IMG/VR virus record: IMGVR_UViG_2935054407_000001
Location: 32,001-96,000 of that record
Source: a virus
Taxonomy: Duplodnaviria; Caudoviricetes
Direction: 5' to 3' (one strand)
Length of the DNA stretch: 64,000 nucleotides
Shown: one piece after another, positions 17,614 to 26,767 of the stretch
Layout of the letters: every line of letters starts with the position of its first letter
How positions within the stretch are numbered: position 1 is the stretch's first letter
Position numbers and translations under genes: made by a program
Notes under the pieces: model-generated
Told to the model about the DNA's origin: nothing
What the model saw: the letters and a program-made list of their open reading frames with translations, nothing else
Databases searched by the model: none

Positions 17614-17645
17614 GCAGAAAGCGCCGGGCGACCGGCGCTTTCTGC
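17614..17645. terminator. intrinsic terminator-like hairpin
   Basis: GCAGAAAGCGCCGG-GCGA-CCGGCGCTTTCTGC. Confidence 0.75.
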
Positions 17646-17909
17646 TTAGAGGTCTCGTTCCTCTACATGTCGCAGGATGACGGCTCCTTCGTTGGCCATC
17701 ATCTTGATTCGGTATCGCATCTCTGGCCAGTCTCTATGTTCCGCGAATCCGTAGGCGAGGACGATACGAATACCGCGTCCGTGGATCCCGCGCAGATTTT
17801 CCGGACCACTGACGTAGACAGCGCGCACGGCCGGGTGCTGGAGGTCACGGATCACGAAGTCAGCTATGCGCCGCTCTCGCGCGAAAACCAAGTAGGTCGG
17901 GTTGTTCAT
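17646..17909 (-). CDS. hypothetical protein
   Basis: 87-aa ORF coupled to the upstream gene. Confidence 0.65.
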   Translation of the reverse strand: MNNPTYLVFARERRIADFVIRDLQHPAVRAVYVSGPENLRGIHGRGIRIVLAYGFAEHRDWPEMRYRIKMMANEGAVILRHVEERDL

Positions 17910-18247
17910 CGGCCCGGCATCCCGATGTCGTTCATGATCTGCTGGGTGAGTGCCTGGTCCTGGGATGCTCGGGCGGCGGCCATCATGCCGTGGTGCACCT
18001 GGGCGGCCGTCTTCTGCGCCTGGATGTCCTCGCGGGTGACTGCGCAGGCCCCTGAGATCTCATCCTGCGTCGGCTGCCGTACGACCTTGATCTTGTCGGC
18101 CAGCATGGAAGGGTCGTCGGTGGTGAGGATCATGCCATGTGGGGTCATCAGAGTGACGAAGCCCCACACGACCTGAAGCTCTTCCGGCGCGGCGGCCGAC
18201 TGAGCGGAGGGCGGCAGGTGCAGGGAGGCGGCTCCGGAGCCGTTCAT
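17906..18247 (-). CDS. hypothetical protein
   Basis: 113-aa ORF; TGATG coupling. Confidence 0.7.
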   Translation of the reverse strand: MNGSGAASLHLPPSAQSAAAPEELQVVWGFVTLMTPHGMILTTDDPSMLADKIKVVRQPTQDEISGACAVTREDIQAQKTAAQVHHGMMAAARASQDQALTQQIMNDIGMPGR

Positions 18248-18402
18248 CAGGCAGGGCTCCCCACGGTGGTGTTCTGGCCGTGGGCCGCCTTGAGGTCGTC
18301 CAGCTCCCGGTAGGCGTTGTCGCGGGCCGCCTGCGCGTACAGCAGGTCGTAGGTCAGATTGTCAACAATGCGCTCGTGCTTTGATCTCCGGATGAACCAC
18401 AT
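18247..18402 (-). CDS. 51-aa hypothetical protein MWFIRRSKHER...
   Basis: SD AGGAG plus ATG; fills the gap; not in the ORF track. Confidence 0.65.
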   Translation of the reverse strand: MWFIRRSKHERIVDNLTYDLLYAQAARDNAYRELDDLKAAHGQNTTVGSPA

Positions 18403-18411
18403 GTCGTTCTC

Positions 18412-18906
18412 CTATTCGGTGTAGTCGTATGCGCCCTTGGCTGCGGTCTTGCGCTGTTCCACGATCTGGTGGTACGGGCAGAAATTGCACAGGAAGGTGT
18501 TGGGCCGGTTCCTGTGATTGAGCCCGGCTTCCTTGCGCTCGGCCTTGGTGTCGGGCAGGAGACGCTTGCGGTCGCTCATGTAGTCACCGCAGTTATGCGT
18601 ACGGTTGTGCTGCTTCCAGCACTTGGCCGCGTCGAGCTGGAAAGTGTTCTTCGAGTCGTAGAAGTGATTGCCGAGACCCTCGGCGGACCGTGCATTGATC
18701 TGCTCGATGATCTGGCGGCGGATGTTGTTGTCGCGCCAGTGCTCCTCCTTGATGTCCCGGACCAGAAGGCCGCCAGCGTGCTCGGCGCCGGACGGGAAAC
18801 GGTGGCGGGAGACCAGGACATCAAGGAGGTGGTCGCCTTCAACGGGGCCTTCATAATCCGGCAGCTCTTCCATGGAGCCGCAGGTGCCGCAAAGCAGGAG
18901 TCGCAT
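18412..18906 (-). CDS. Zn-binding hypothetical phage protein
   Basis: CGTC ... CNFCP. Confidence 0.75.
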   Translation of the reverse strand: MRLLLCGTCGSMEELPDYEGPVEGDHLLDVLVSRHRFPSGAEHAGGLLVRDIKEEHWRDNNIRRQIIEQINARSAEGLGNHFYDSKNTFQLDAAKCWKQHNRTHNCGDYMSDRKRLLPDTKAERKEAGLNHRNRPNTFLCNFCPYHQIVEQRKTAAKGAYDYTE

Positions 18907-18926
18907 AGTGGTTCGGGTGTTCCTTC

Positions 18927-19745
18927 TCAGGTGATGGGGGAGGTCCAGAAAAGAGGCCAGGTAACGGCGCCGACGAGGCCGTCTGCCTTGATGTTCTTCT
19001 CGTCTTGGAAGTCCATGACGATGGCCTTGGTCTTCGGCCCGAAAACGCCGTCCACGGCGATATTCCAGCCGCGTTCCTTGAGGCGGGCCTGGAAGAGCTT
19101 GATGCTCTTCTTGTCCACGGGTGTGGTGCCGGAGTGGGAGCCGGGCGTGGTGATGCTGATGCCGAAGTAATGGCCAGCGGGGAGCGGGAACCTCGGGGCG
19201 GTCTTGACGCTCGGCCGGTCGGCCTTTGCGGGCTCCGGCTCGATCTGGCCGGGCTCTGCATAGGTCGGGTAGCCGAAGCCGACGATGTTGCGGTAGGAGC
19301 GGTACATCTTCCGGAAGCCGTTTTGGACGTTGCCCTCGTAGGTGACGAGCAGGCCGTCAGCGGTCTTTCCGGCCACGACGCCGATGTGGTCGATGGCGCT
19401 GATGCCCTTGCTCGCGCCCCAGTCGAAAAAGGCGAAAGATCCGATGGTGGCGTGGGTGCCGAAACGACCCTTCCTGGCGAACCACTGGGCGTGGTAGGGC
19501 GTGTAGGCGAAGCAGCCGGTCTGCCTGAGAGCTTCCTCTGCGCCGTCTGCGCCGTTCTTTCGCTTGCCCGCTTCGTGCGCAATCCAGGCGAGGCTCATAT
19601 CGCACCAGGCGGCGCCGTCGAATGCGGAATCGTTGACGCGGTCGCCGTACCACTTGCCGTAGGGGGTGGTGCCGTTCTTGTCCTCGTAGGTGCCGATCTG
19701 CTCCTTGGCCACGGCCAGGAATTCACGGGAACTGATGCCGATCAA
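18927..19745 (-). CDS. endolysin: CHAP domain plus peptidoglycan-binding domain
   Basis: AWCDM (Cys), DHIGVV (His), EGN; VDGVFGPKT..FQ..DGLVG.VTW. Confidence 0.88.
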   Translation of the reverse strand: MIGISSREFLAVAKEQIGTYEDKNGTTPYGKWYGDRVNDSAFDGAAWCDMSLAWIAHEAGKRKNGADGAEEALRQTGCFAYTPYHAQWFARKGRFGTHATIGSFAFFDWGASKGISAIDHIGVVAGKTADGLLVTYEGNVQNGFRKMYRSYRNIVGFGYPTYAEPGQIEPEPAKADRPSVKTAPRFPLPAGHYFGISITTPGSHSGTTPVDKKSIKLFQARLKERGWNIAVDGVFGPKTKAIVMDFQDEKNIKADGLVGAVTWPLFWTSPIT

Positions 19746-19867
19746 TGCCGGTACTCCTCAACGAATTCGGGCAGCTCCAGCTCGTCCACGACGTGGGTGG
19801 CGGGGTCGCGGTCGTGCCCGGTGAGGCCGTTGCCGTGGCGCGGGCGGGCGGGGACGGGCTCAGGCAT
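19742..19867 (-). CDS. 41-aa peptide upstream of the endolysin
   Basis: SD AGGAG, ATG at 19867. Confidence 0.55.
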   Translation of the reverse strand: MPEPVPARPRHGNGLTGHDRDPATHVVDELELPEFVEEYRH

Positions 19868-19883
19868 AGATGCTCCTAACGCA

Positions 19884-19900
19884 TGCCGGTGTGAAAGACG
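19884..19900 (-). promoter_or_regulatory. 17-bp oriented motif, intergenic copy
   Basis: CGTCTTTCACACCGGCA inside a CTAAC/GTTAG stem next to the SD. Confidence 0.8.
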
Positions 19901-19901
19901 G

Positions 19902-20057
19902 TTAGCGGACGCCAGAGGTGCGCCGGGAGACGCGGAATTCGATGGCAGTGGGGGCGGAAACGGCGCCGTCACGGTTCGGCGTGGAGTCGTATTCCGCGCC
20001 CTCACGGACGCCCTTAGCGAGACTGGCGTTCATGGATCGCGGCTGCGGATAACTCAC
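19902..20057 (-). CDS. 51-aa hypothetical protein
   Basis: SD GGAAGGGG plus GTG, just downstream of a promoter. Confidence 0.55.
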   Translation of the reverse strand: MSYPQPRSMNASLAKGVREGAEYDSTPNRDGAVSAPTAIEFRVSRRTSGVR

Positions 20058-20099
20058 GTCCGACCCCTTCCATTGCTGACGATGAAACGTACAAGCAAT

Positions 20100-20130
20100 A
20101 GATTATGGGGACGGATCAGACTTTTTATAA
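20100..20130 (-). promoter_or_regulatory. phage-type promoter TTATAAA-N18-TAATCT
   Basis: Same spacing at 21601-21631, 53506-53536 and 63585-63615. Confidence 0.7.
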
Positions 20131-20131
20131 T

Positions 20132-20641
20132 TCAGGTTCGCCACGACGGCATGAAGGCACGCAGGCGATCAGCCGTGTATTGGCTCGGGGCGAACTTGTC
20201 TTCCTTCTTGCGCAACTCCAGCGGGCCGACGACCTCGGTCTTGCCGTTGTTCACGAGGTACTCATCCGGATTTCCCTGCGGAGCCCATTTCTTGCCCTGC
20301 GCCTGATGCTCCAGCGATGTCGCCATGTTGAAATCACGAGGCCAGTCGTAGTCGCCCGGATCGATCCGGATCCCCGCATGCGGGCCGGTCGGCCCAGGCC
20401 GGGAGTTGATCTTCAGCTTGACGCGGTCCAGCAACCGGTCAGACCGGCGGCTGGGCACAGTACCCAGATAGCCGTCCGGGTACTGGGCTTCTGGCGTACG
20501 CGGGTCATCACCCGAGCGGCGCGCGTCCAGCACGTCACGCCAGCCGACGGGGAGCTGTCCCCCGCCGCCGGTCGTGAGTGCCTCGGACTGGCCCGCCCCT
20601 TGCGGGACGTACCAGCTATTGGAGTCGTACGGGCGAGCCAT
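20132..20641 (-). CDS. hypothetical protein
   Basis: 169-aa ORF; TGATG coupling. Confidence 0.75.
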   Translation of the reverse strand: MARPYDSNSWYVPQGAGQSEALTTGGGGQLPVGWRDVLDARRSGDDPRTPEAQYPDGYLGTVPSRRSDRLLDRVKLKINSRPGPTGPHAGIRIDPGDYDWPRDFNMATSLEHQAQGKKWAPQGNPDEYLVNNGKTEVVGPLELRKKEDKFAPSQYTADRLRAFMPSWRT

Positions 20642-20877
20642 CAGACCCAGATCGACTTCTGATCGCCGCTCTGCGGCGGCTGCTCGGAAGCGCCGACGAC
20701 ACCGCCCAGGGCGCGGCCGACGCCGTTCTGTGTCGCGCCAGAGGCGAAGGACCCCACGCGGGAGGCGGCCCCATTGACAGCCGTGCGCGCGGCTGCGCCA
20801 CCGGCAGCGCCAGCAGCCTCACCGGCCAGCATCGGCAGCGCTCGGGCGGCGATCGACGCGACGAGTGGCCACACCAT
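20641..20877 (-). CDS. Ala/Gly-rich small protein
   Basis: Coupled ORF. Confidence 0.65.
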   Translation of the reverse strand: MVWPLVASIAARALPMLAGEAAGAAGGAAARTAVNGAASRVGSFASGATQNGVGRALGGVVGASEQPPQSGDQKSIWV

Positions 20878-21209
20878 TACATGCCCTGCCCGTACTGCCG
20901 ACGCGCGTAGAAGTCGCGGTTGCCGATCGCACTGCGGACGAGCCGGGTGTTGCGCAGGTTCGCCTCAGCGGCCGGGTCGTTGCCGACGACCATCTGAGCG
21001 CGCGGGGCGTAGGAGGCGCCGTGGCGCTCGTGGGTCTGACGCCTAACGCCCTCGGTCAGCGCAGCCTCGATCATGCCGCCGACACCGCCGTGCCGCCTGA
21101 CCTCCGTGGTGTACGGAGACGAGGCACCCGAGACGTTGTTCACCGTCGCCGCGCTCGTGCCCATAGTCGGGAACTTGGTCGTGGTCTTGTCACCCACGAT
21201 TTCCTCCAA
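20877..21209 (-). CDS. hypothetical protein
   Basis: ORF; start uncertain. Confidence 0.65.
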   Translation of the reverse strand: MEEIVGDKTTTKFPTMGTSAATVNNVSGASSPYTTEVRRHGGVGGMIEAALTEGVRRQTHERHGASYAPRAQMVVGNDPAAEANLRNTRLVRSAIGNRDFYARRQYGQGM

Positions 21210-21254
21210 AGCGGTTATTTGAAGCCCGAGCAGCGGATCGCTTCCAGGCTACGA

Positions 21255-21557
21255 TCAATCCACGAGAATCTTGTAAACCAGAGCGCTCACCTTGCCGTCA
21301 GCCATTTCCACGGTCGTGAAACCGATGCGCGCGGCAAGGGTGATGCCACGCGAGCCGACATACGACTGAGCGATGGCGATACCCTTCGAGGTCTGGTTCA
21401 CCGCACCCGCGCCAATGGCTCGCAGAGAAACCTGCTTGCCGTCGTACACCGCGTGCGCGATGGCGCTGGCCAGCTTCGCTGCGTCACTGCTGGCAGACAC
21501 GCGCAGAAGAACGCTGCGATCCTCGTTCTTCTCAACACCTGCATTCTCGGAAACCAT
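21255..21557 (-). CDS. spoVS: SpoVS-family (Alba-like) protein
   Basis: LRVSASS..KLASAIA...RAIGAGAVNQ..K.IAIA. Confidence 0.85.
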   Translation of the reverse strand: MVSENAGVEKNEDRSVLLRVSASSDAAKLASAIAHAVYDGKQVSLRAIGAGAVNQTSKGIAIAQSYVGSRGITLAARIGFTTVEMADGKVSALVYKILVD

Positions 21558-21600
21558 GTTTTTCTCCTTTTCGGGTTTCCCAATCTGAGCCGTCCAATTC

Positions 21601-21631
21601 AGATTAGGGAAAAGGAGAGCAATGTTTGTAA
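21601..21631 (-). promoter_or_regulatory. phage-type promoter TTACAAA-N18-TAATCT
   Basis: Just downstream of a terminator and upstream of spoVS. Confidence 0.7.
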
Positions 21632-21635
21632 CGCG

Positions 21636-21667
21636 AAAAACCCCCGCCCGCATCAGCGGAACGGGGG
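21636..21667 (-). terminator. intrinsic terminator after ruvC
   Basis: CCCCCGT..GCGGGGG followed by TTTTT on the minus strand. Confidence 0.75.
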
Positions 21668-21703
21668 CCTCTCGGCATTTAGCGCGGACCTCGCCGCTCT
21701 CTT

Positions 21704-22255
21704 CTATCGTGCCATACGCTCTGTGTGCCGTGTTACATCGCGTATGGCCTTGCGCTCATGCAGGCGGGTGTCGGTTCCGTGCGGCTCGGAAAGATACTGA
21801 GCCATTCGCGCGAGCGCGTAGGAATCGGCCGCGTTGTCGTCAGCGCACTCGACTCCCCACCTTTCCTTGACTCCGGCGATCATCTCCTCTTTGGAAGCAT
21901 TGCCGTTCCCGGTGGCGAAGAGCTTGACCTTGCTCGGCGCGATGATCGTGGGATAGCAGACAGGCTCCGGAAGGTGCCAGCGCAGGACTCGCTTCACGGC
22001 ATAGGCCAGCTCCCCCATCTCCTCCCGCCGATTCTTCGACCCGCGTGACCAGCCCTCCATTGCCACATGGACCGGATACTCCGGCAGCAACTCGATCTGC
22101 TTGCCCAGCCAGGACTCCACATCCATTAACCGGTCCACGCCCTTGCCGTACTTCACACTGGTGAACTTCACGACGCTGATGTCCGCGTAGGCGGGGTAGA
22201 GCCGGGTCAGGCCGAAGCCGCCGAAGGACTGGTCGATCCCGAGGTAGAGGGTCAC
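21704..22255 (-). CDS. RuvC-like resolvase
   Basis: LGIDQS, VAMEG, TGNGNASKEEM, DNAADS. Confidence 0.85.
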   Translation of the reverse strand: MTLYLGIDQSFGGFGLTRLYPAYADISVVKFTSVKYGKGVDRLMDVESWLGKQIELLPEYPVHVAMEGWSRGSKNRREEMGELAYAVKRVLRWHLPEPVCYPTIIAPSKVKLFATGNGNASKEEMIAGVKERWGVECADDNAADSYALARMAQYLSEPHGTDTRLHERKAIRDVTRHTERMAR

Positions 22256-22857
22256 CAGGTCTCCACCAGCGCAGCCAGCTCGCGCACCTTGAGCGGCATA
22301 TCCGCCAGTGGCGTGCTGGACAGGTCGAACAGATGGTTCTCCGTTCCCGGCATGAAGTACTCGCTGGCGTGATCGTTCACAGGCCCCACGCCGTCCCGGT
22401 GGATGCGAACCACCTTGAACCGGCCGTCCACCACGGAGACCCGGTCACGCAGGGCACATGCCTCATGGAGGAAGCGCACGTCCGAGACGACCACGCGCCC
22501 ATGTCCAGGGAGCTGGTCCAAGACGATGTTCACCCAGGCCCGTTCGCCAGCGACCTTCTTGACCGCTTCTCCGGTGTCCTGGAGCAGGCGGCGAATCTCG
22601 GGGTATTCGCGCTTGGCGTCATCCCAGCCGAGGTCGGCTACGAGATCCCCGAGACGACGGGCCGCCCAGTCGATCGGGTAACCCCGCGCCTCCTCATATC
22701 CAGGTGCGTCGATGATGGGGTTGATCTCCGTCAGCATGACCTTGAGTGCGTCAGCGAAGGCGAACCGCTTGTAGCCGTGCTCGCGGACCAGGAGGTCGGC
22801 CACGGTGTCCTTGCCCACGCCGCCGTATCCGCTCAGGCCGATAATCCGCAGGCTCAC
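22252..22857 (-). CDS. deoxynucleoside monophosphate kinase
   Basis: IGLSGYGGVGKDT, AFAD.LK, SDVRF. Confidence 0.88.
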   Translation of the reverse strand: MSLRIIGLSGYGGVGKDTVADLLVREHGYKRFAFADALKVMLTEINPIIDAPGYEEARGYPIDWAARRLGDLVADLGWDDAKREYPEIRRLLQDTGEAVKKVAGERAWVNIVLDQLPGHGRVVVSDVRFLHEACALRDRVSVVDGRFKVVRIHRDGVGPVNDHASEYFMPGTENHLFDLSSTPLADMPLKVRELAALVETW

Positions 22858-23171
22858 AGCGAGATCTCCGATTCGGGAACGTACTGGATTCCGTAGTAGC
22901 CGCTTCGCTTAACGCCTCGCCAAATCCCATAGACGTTGCCGAAAATGATGTTCCGGTGCTTGATGAGCCGGTCGAAGTCGGACCAGAACATCGGGTAGCG
23001 GAGGCCGTTCACGCCGCGCCAGTAGATCGTCATGGCCGACCGGCCACGCGTGTATCCGTCGTACTCAAGGGTTCCCTCGAACGGAGCGAGCGGACGGCGC
23101 TCCGCGACACCCCACGATGTGTCGTGGCGCATGTTGCCCTGCTCGTCGAAGGGAACGTTTTCCAGGATCAC
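22854..23171 (-). CDS. hypothetical protein
   Basis: Coupled ORF with GRSA motif. Confidence 0.7.
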   Translation of the reverse strand: MILENVPFDEQGNMRHDTSWGVAERRPLAPFEGTLEYDGYTRGRSAMTIYWRGVNGLRYPMFWSDFDRLIKHRNIIFGNVYGIWRGVKRSGYYGIQYVPESEISL

Positions 23172-23848
23172 GCCGCCTCCAGCAGGTTCTTGGCACGATT
23201 CATGAGCCTGGCGGCATTGCCGTGCCAGCTCTGGTCACCGTTGGACCGCAGCCAGGTCCCGGAAGCCAGCTCTTCGAGCAGCTCGCGCAGCGGCCGGTTC
23301 TGCTCGGCCTCGTAGGCAGTGAGGAAGTCGCCGATGGTCTTGTTCCACCGGGCATCGTGAAGCGCGTGGTGGACGATGGCCGTCTGCGCGTCTTCTGCCT
23401 GCTGCGGGAGCGCCGGACGGCCGAGCCGCTTCCACTCCGTCATCAGGTCGTCTGTCTGCATGGGGATGCCAGAAGGCAGGTCCAGCATCCGGCCGAAAAT
23501 CTGGGCCAGGCCGACGTGGTCATACGCGCTGTAGTAGGCCCACAGCTCCGGGTCCGGCGTCTCGGCCACGAAGGCGGAGATGGCCTTGCGCAGCTCGTTC
23601 CGGTACATGACCTTGGTCATGTCCGGGTGCTGGAAGTCCCAGCACTCCCAGCCGTCGGTCTCGGGCAAGCGCACCGGCAAGTGCGGAGCGACGTTCTCTC
23701 GCAGGAACGTGTGATCGACCAACGCGTGATACGGCAGCTCCGCGTTGATCGCGTACAGCTCGCGCCCGTCGTCGGCGACCATTCCGATGCTGATGAGGTC
23801 GATGGTCCGGCCGGAGTCGAAGAACTCCAGGTCGTAGTAGATCCTCAT
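23168..23848 (-). CDS. DEDD 3'-5' exoribonuclease (RNase AS-like)
   Basis: YDLEF, LISIGMV, YSAYDHV, HHALHDARW. Confidence 0.85.
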   Translation of the reverse strand: MRIYYDLEFFDSGRTIDLISIGMVADDGRELYAINAELPYHALVDHTFLRENVAPHLPVRLPETDGWECWDFQHPDMTKVMYRNELRKAISAFVAETPDPELWAYYSAYDHVGLAQIFGRMLDLPSGIPMQTDDLMTEWKRLGRPALPQQAEDAQTAIVHHALHDARWNKTIGDFLTAYEAEQNRPLRELLEELASGTWLRSNGDQSWHGNAARLMNRAKNLLEAA

Positions 23849-24126
23849 GCGCTCGCCTCCTGCTCGGCGTCCTTCGGAAGGATGAAGCGGTCGGTGACGT
23901 CCACCCAGCCGGAAAGGCCGTAGAAGATCGCGGTACACGCCGCGTACACCTTCGTTCGGGCCAGCTCGGCGTCCGACATGCAGTTGAGGCGCTGCTGGAC
24001 GTGGGCCTTGGTCGTGTAGGGCCGGTCGCGGTTGCTGCCGACCAGGAGGTAGATGGTCGCGGGCAGCTTGTCGTCTACGATGCGCGGCGCCTGGTAGAAG
24101 GGCGGCATCGGGAGGAGCTGGGACAT
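23845..24126 (-). CDS. hypothetical protein
   Basis: SD AAGGA, ATG at 24126. Confidence 0.65.
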   Translation of the reverse strand: MSQLLPMPPFYQAPRIVDDKLPATIYLLVGSNRDRPYTTKAHVQQRLNCMSDAELARTKVYAACTAIFYGLSGWVDVTDRFILPKDAEQEASA

Positions 24127-24155
24127 GTGATTTTCCTTGTGATCTTCGACTGGTG

Positions 24156-24205
24156 CGCCTGTGTGAAAGACAGGGCCGCGCACGCGCGGCGCATGCGCGG
24201 CCCTG
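24156..24205 (-). terminator. GC hairpin whose T-tract is the start of a variant 17-bp motif (TGTCTTTCACACAGGCG)
   Basis: CAGGGCCGCGCA...TGCGCGGCCCTG then TCTTT. Confidence 0.65.
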
Positions 24206-24211
24206 GTCGCG

Positions 24212-24547
24212 CTACTCCACGACGGTGAGGTTCGACAGGACGGAGATGGTCACGGTGGCAGCCTGGTAGCGCCAGTTGTTGCCCTGCGAGCGGCGCTCCG
24301 GCTTGACGGTGACCTTGGTGACGGGCTTGCTGACGAGGTTGTCGCCATCCCAGGAGTAGCCCTGGCGCGTGACGATCTTGGTGACCTCGCCCTCCACCAT
24401 GCGCAGGCCGTTGCCGTACTCGGACGGGTAGAGGACCTTGCTGCCGATGGTGATGTCCTTGCCACGCCAGTCCTTGAAGACGAGCTGAATCTCCACAGTG
24501 GGCTCAGGGGCGACCTTGTGCGTGGGGGCGTCGGTGTTGAAAAACAT
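24212..24547 (-). CDS. hypothetical protein (SH3-like)
   Basis: DWRGKDITIGSKVLYP; strong SD. Confidence 0.7.
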   Translation of the reverse strand: MFFNTDAPTHKVAPEPTVEIQLVFKDWRGKDITIGSKVLYPSEYGNGLRMVEGEVTKIVTRQGYSWDGDNLVSKPVTKVTVKPERRSQGNNWRYQAATVTISVLSNLTVVE

Positions 24548-24561
24548 TGTCAGTTCTCCTT

Positions 24562-25248
24562 TTAGAGCATGTCCGCGAAAACGGACGGGCTGGTCTCGGA
24601 CAGAGCGGTGAGCGCCATTTGCGCGAACTGCTGGATTTCGGCGTCGGCGGAGGGGTCGATACGGCGGGCGATGACCTCGCGCCAGGCCCGGAAATTGCCG
24701 GTGACGACCAGCTCGACGGGCGTCATGTTCGGCAGGACGCTGCGGGCGGCTTCGCGCGCCTGCTTGCGCGGCAGCCCTTTCTTGGTCAGGTCGAAGACCA
24801 GGGAGTCATACCAGCCCTTCATCTCCTGGTAGCGGGTGAGGAGGGCGCTGGTCAGCTCCAGGTCTTCCTGGATGGCGGGCGGGATGACGGGGACGTTCTC
24901 GGGCGAGCAGTAGCGCTGGCTGATCACGGAGAAGCTCAGGTGGCGGTGGCGGGTCAGCTCAGCCAGCAGCGAGCGGGAGACGCCTTCCACGTACAGTGAG
25001 GCGGAGGAGTGCTCCAGGACCGACAGGTGGCCCTGGGAGATGATGTGGGCGATGTAGTCGGCGTTCTTCTGGGTGGCCGGGTTCTTCTTCTCCCAGCTCT
25101 GGTAACAGAGCCTTCCTGCGTACTCGATCAGCGCTTCGGTGTCCTTGGGGTAGCCGCCCTCAGGAACAGAACTGATCCAGCCGTATCCGAGCTTGTCGTC
25201 CACGACCTCGCCTTCGAGGCGAGTGATGGCAATCAGTGTGACTTCCAA
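24562..25248 (-). CDS. thyX: flavin-dependent thymidylate synthase
   Basis: GHLSVLEH, RHRHLSFSVISQRY, REAAR. Confidence 0.95.
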   Translation of the reverse strand: MEVTLIAITRLEGEVVDDKLGYGWISSVPEGGYPKDTEALIEYAGRLCYQSWEKKNPATQKNADYIAHIISQGHLSVLEHSSASLYVEGVSRSLLAELTRHRHLSFSVISQRYCSPENVPVIPPAIQEDLELTSALLTRYQEMKGWYDSLVFDLTKKGLPRKQAREAARSVLPNMTPVELVVTGNFRAWREVIARRIDPSADAEIQQFAQMALTALSETSPSVFADML

Positions 25249-25260
25249 TTTGTGCTCCAG

Positions 25261-25773
25261 TTAGTTGTTCCAGCGGTGATTTCTGGCCTCGCGATCTGCT
25301 CGGCCGGTTCTTCGGGTGAGTTCGCGGGAAACGAGGAAACAGTCCCGTTCCAGGGAGTCATGAATCGTCTCTGTGAGCTTGCGGACGGCGTAGGCGGCTG
25401 TTGCGGAATTGCGGGCCTCTACGACGTCGGGGTCTTCATCGGCTTTGGCCTTTGCAGCGGAGACCGATTTCTCGGCTTTGCCGTTGATGAGAACCCGAGC
25501 CCGGCGCACGTCCAGCTCTGCCTCTGCGTCCTTCTCATCGATCGCCGCCAATGCCAGTTGGCTCCCGGCGTAGGCGACCCATGCGTTGAGGAGGCTGAAC
25601 AGCTCCATCAGCGCGCCGTCCGACAGCTCCGTCAGGTCCTTCGGCAGTCGCGGCCGGGACTCGTCGGGCTGCTCGGGCAGCTCCAGTCCGGCTCTTGCCA
25701 GCGCGAGCCGTGCCTGCCGGTTGGCCTGGCTGGTCTGCTCCGGCGGGTTCTGTGTTCGGCTGATCCGGCGCAA
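25261..25773 (-). CDS. helical protein, possibly a UvsY-like recombination mediator
   Basis: TTG after GGAG; long amphipathic helices ending SRELTRR; lies near recA and the nuclease. Confidence 0.5.
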   Translation of the reverse strand: MRRISRTQNPPEQTSQANRQARLALARAGLELPEQPDESRPRLPKDLTELSDGALMELFSLLNAWVAYAGSQLALAAIDEKDAEAELDVRRARVLINGKAEKSVSAAKAKADEDPDVVEARNSATAAYAVRKLTETIHDSLERDCFLVSRELTRRTGRADREARNHRWNN

Positions 25774-26767
25774 CGTCGCTCCAACAGCGGGAGAAGTAGG
25801 GGCAGTCGGTGCAGGTCTTGGAATCGCGGGCGAACTCACGCGCCGGAATCATGCCGGTGTGAAAGACGGCTTCCTTGATCGAGGTGGCCTTCTCAAGCAG
25901 CGGCTCGACGACGGCCATGTCCAGCGAGATCGCGAATTCCTTGACGGCCTGGTTGCTCTTGTACTCATACAAAAAGGTCCCGCGCCGGACCCCCAGGCCC
26001 ATGAGGCGCATCGTGATGTAGAGGTAGATCTGGAGCTGGCGGACGTGCGACGGCAGCGGCTCCTGAAGGTCGGCCCACAGGCCGTCCAGGTCGTAGAGCT
26101 TCTTCCCAGCCTCATCGCTGGCGAAATACCACTCCTTGAGCACCTCGGGCGCGTCCATGCGAAGCGTTCCCATGCCGATGGTCTTGATCTCGATCAGCCG
26201 GGCCTTCTCCAGAAGCATGCCGTCGGAGTGGCCCTCGATCAGGAATTCCTTCTCGGCCCGGATCGGCACCTCGGCATACGTCACCGCGAAGGACCAGCAG
26301 CGCGGACACTGCTTGGGGTCAAGACGCAGGTCGGTGACATGGCCACAGTGCAGGCACTTCCACTGGCCATACAGGTCGCCGCTCAGCCTCAGCCAATTCT
26401 GCCATTTGTCATGCAGAGCGTGGCCGGTGGCGAAAATGCTCTCCATCTGGAAGTTGAAATCTGGCCGGGCAGGCATCTTGCCAGCGCGGGCATCCACGAT
26501 CCGGTAGTACGTGGAGCGGGCGCACCAATCATCCTTGGCCATCTCGGAGGGGTGGATGACGTCGGCACGCCGGTCGGTCGGCTTGAGCAGCTCGGCCGCG
26601 ACGTTCTCTGAGATGTCTCCCAGGACGTCCCAGTGCGTTCCCTTGCGCCTGCTGATCTCGGCGAGAGTGCCGCTCAGCTTTATGGCTGGTCGTCTTCCTC
26701 GTCCGCTGCCGCTGCCAGAATTTCCTCTTCCGGTGCGTCCGGTTCTGTTGGCGGGTGCCATTCCCAT
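25535..26767 (-). CDS. Cas4-like PD-(D/E)xK exonuclease
   Basis: HPSE..C, GH.LH, GHSDG, IEIKT, Q.QIY, C-terminal CTDCPY..C. Confidence 0.82.
   Translation of the reverse strand: MGMAPANRTGRTGRGNSGSGSGRGRRPAIKLSGTLAEISRRKGTHWDVLGDISENVAAELLKPTDRRADVIHPSEMAKDDWCARSTYYRIVDARAGKMPARPDFNFQMESIFATGHALHDKWQNWLRLSGDLYGQWKCLHCGHVTDLRLDPKQCPRCWSFAVTYAEVPIRAEKEFLIEGHSDGMLLEKARLIEIKTIGMGTLRMDAPEVLKEWYFASDEAGKKLYDLDGLWADLQEPLPSHVRQLQIYLYITMRLMGLGVRRGTFLYEYKSNQAVKEFAISLDMAVVEPLLEKATSIKEAVFHTGMIPAREFARDSKTCTDCPYFSRCWSDVAPDQPNTEPAGADQPGQPAGTARAGKSRTGAARAARRVPAATAEGPDGAVGRRADGAVQPPQRMGRLRREPTGIGGDR

Noticed and set aside
18243-18250. Other CTGATGA occurrences (e.g. 18244, 44633, 50629 on minus) as hammerheads
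   Set aside because: No matching GAAA and stems were found by eye; they are stop/start junctions or coding sequence
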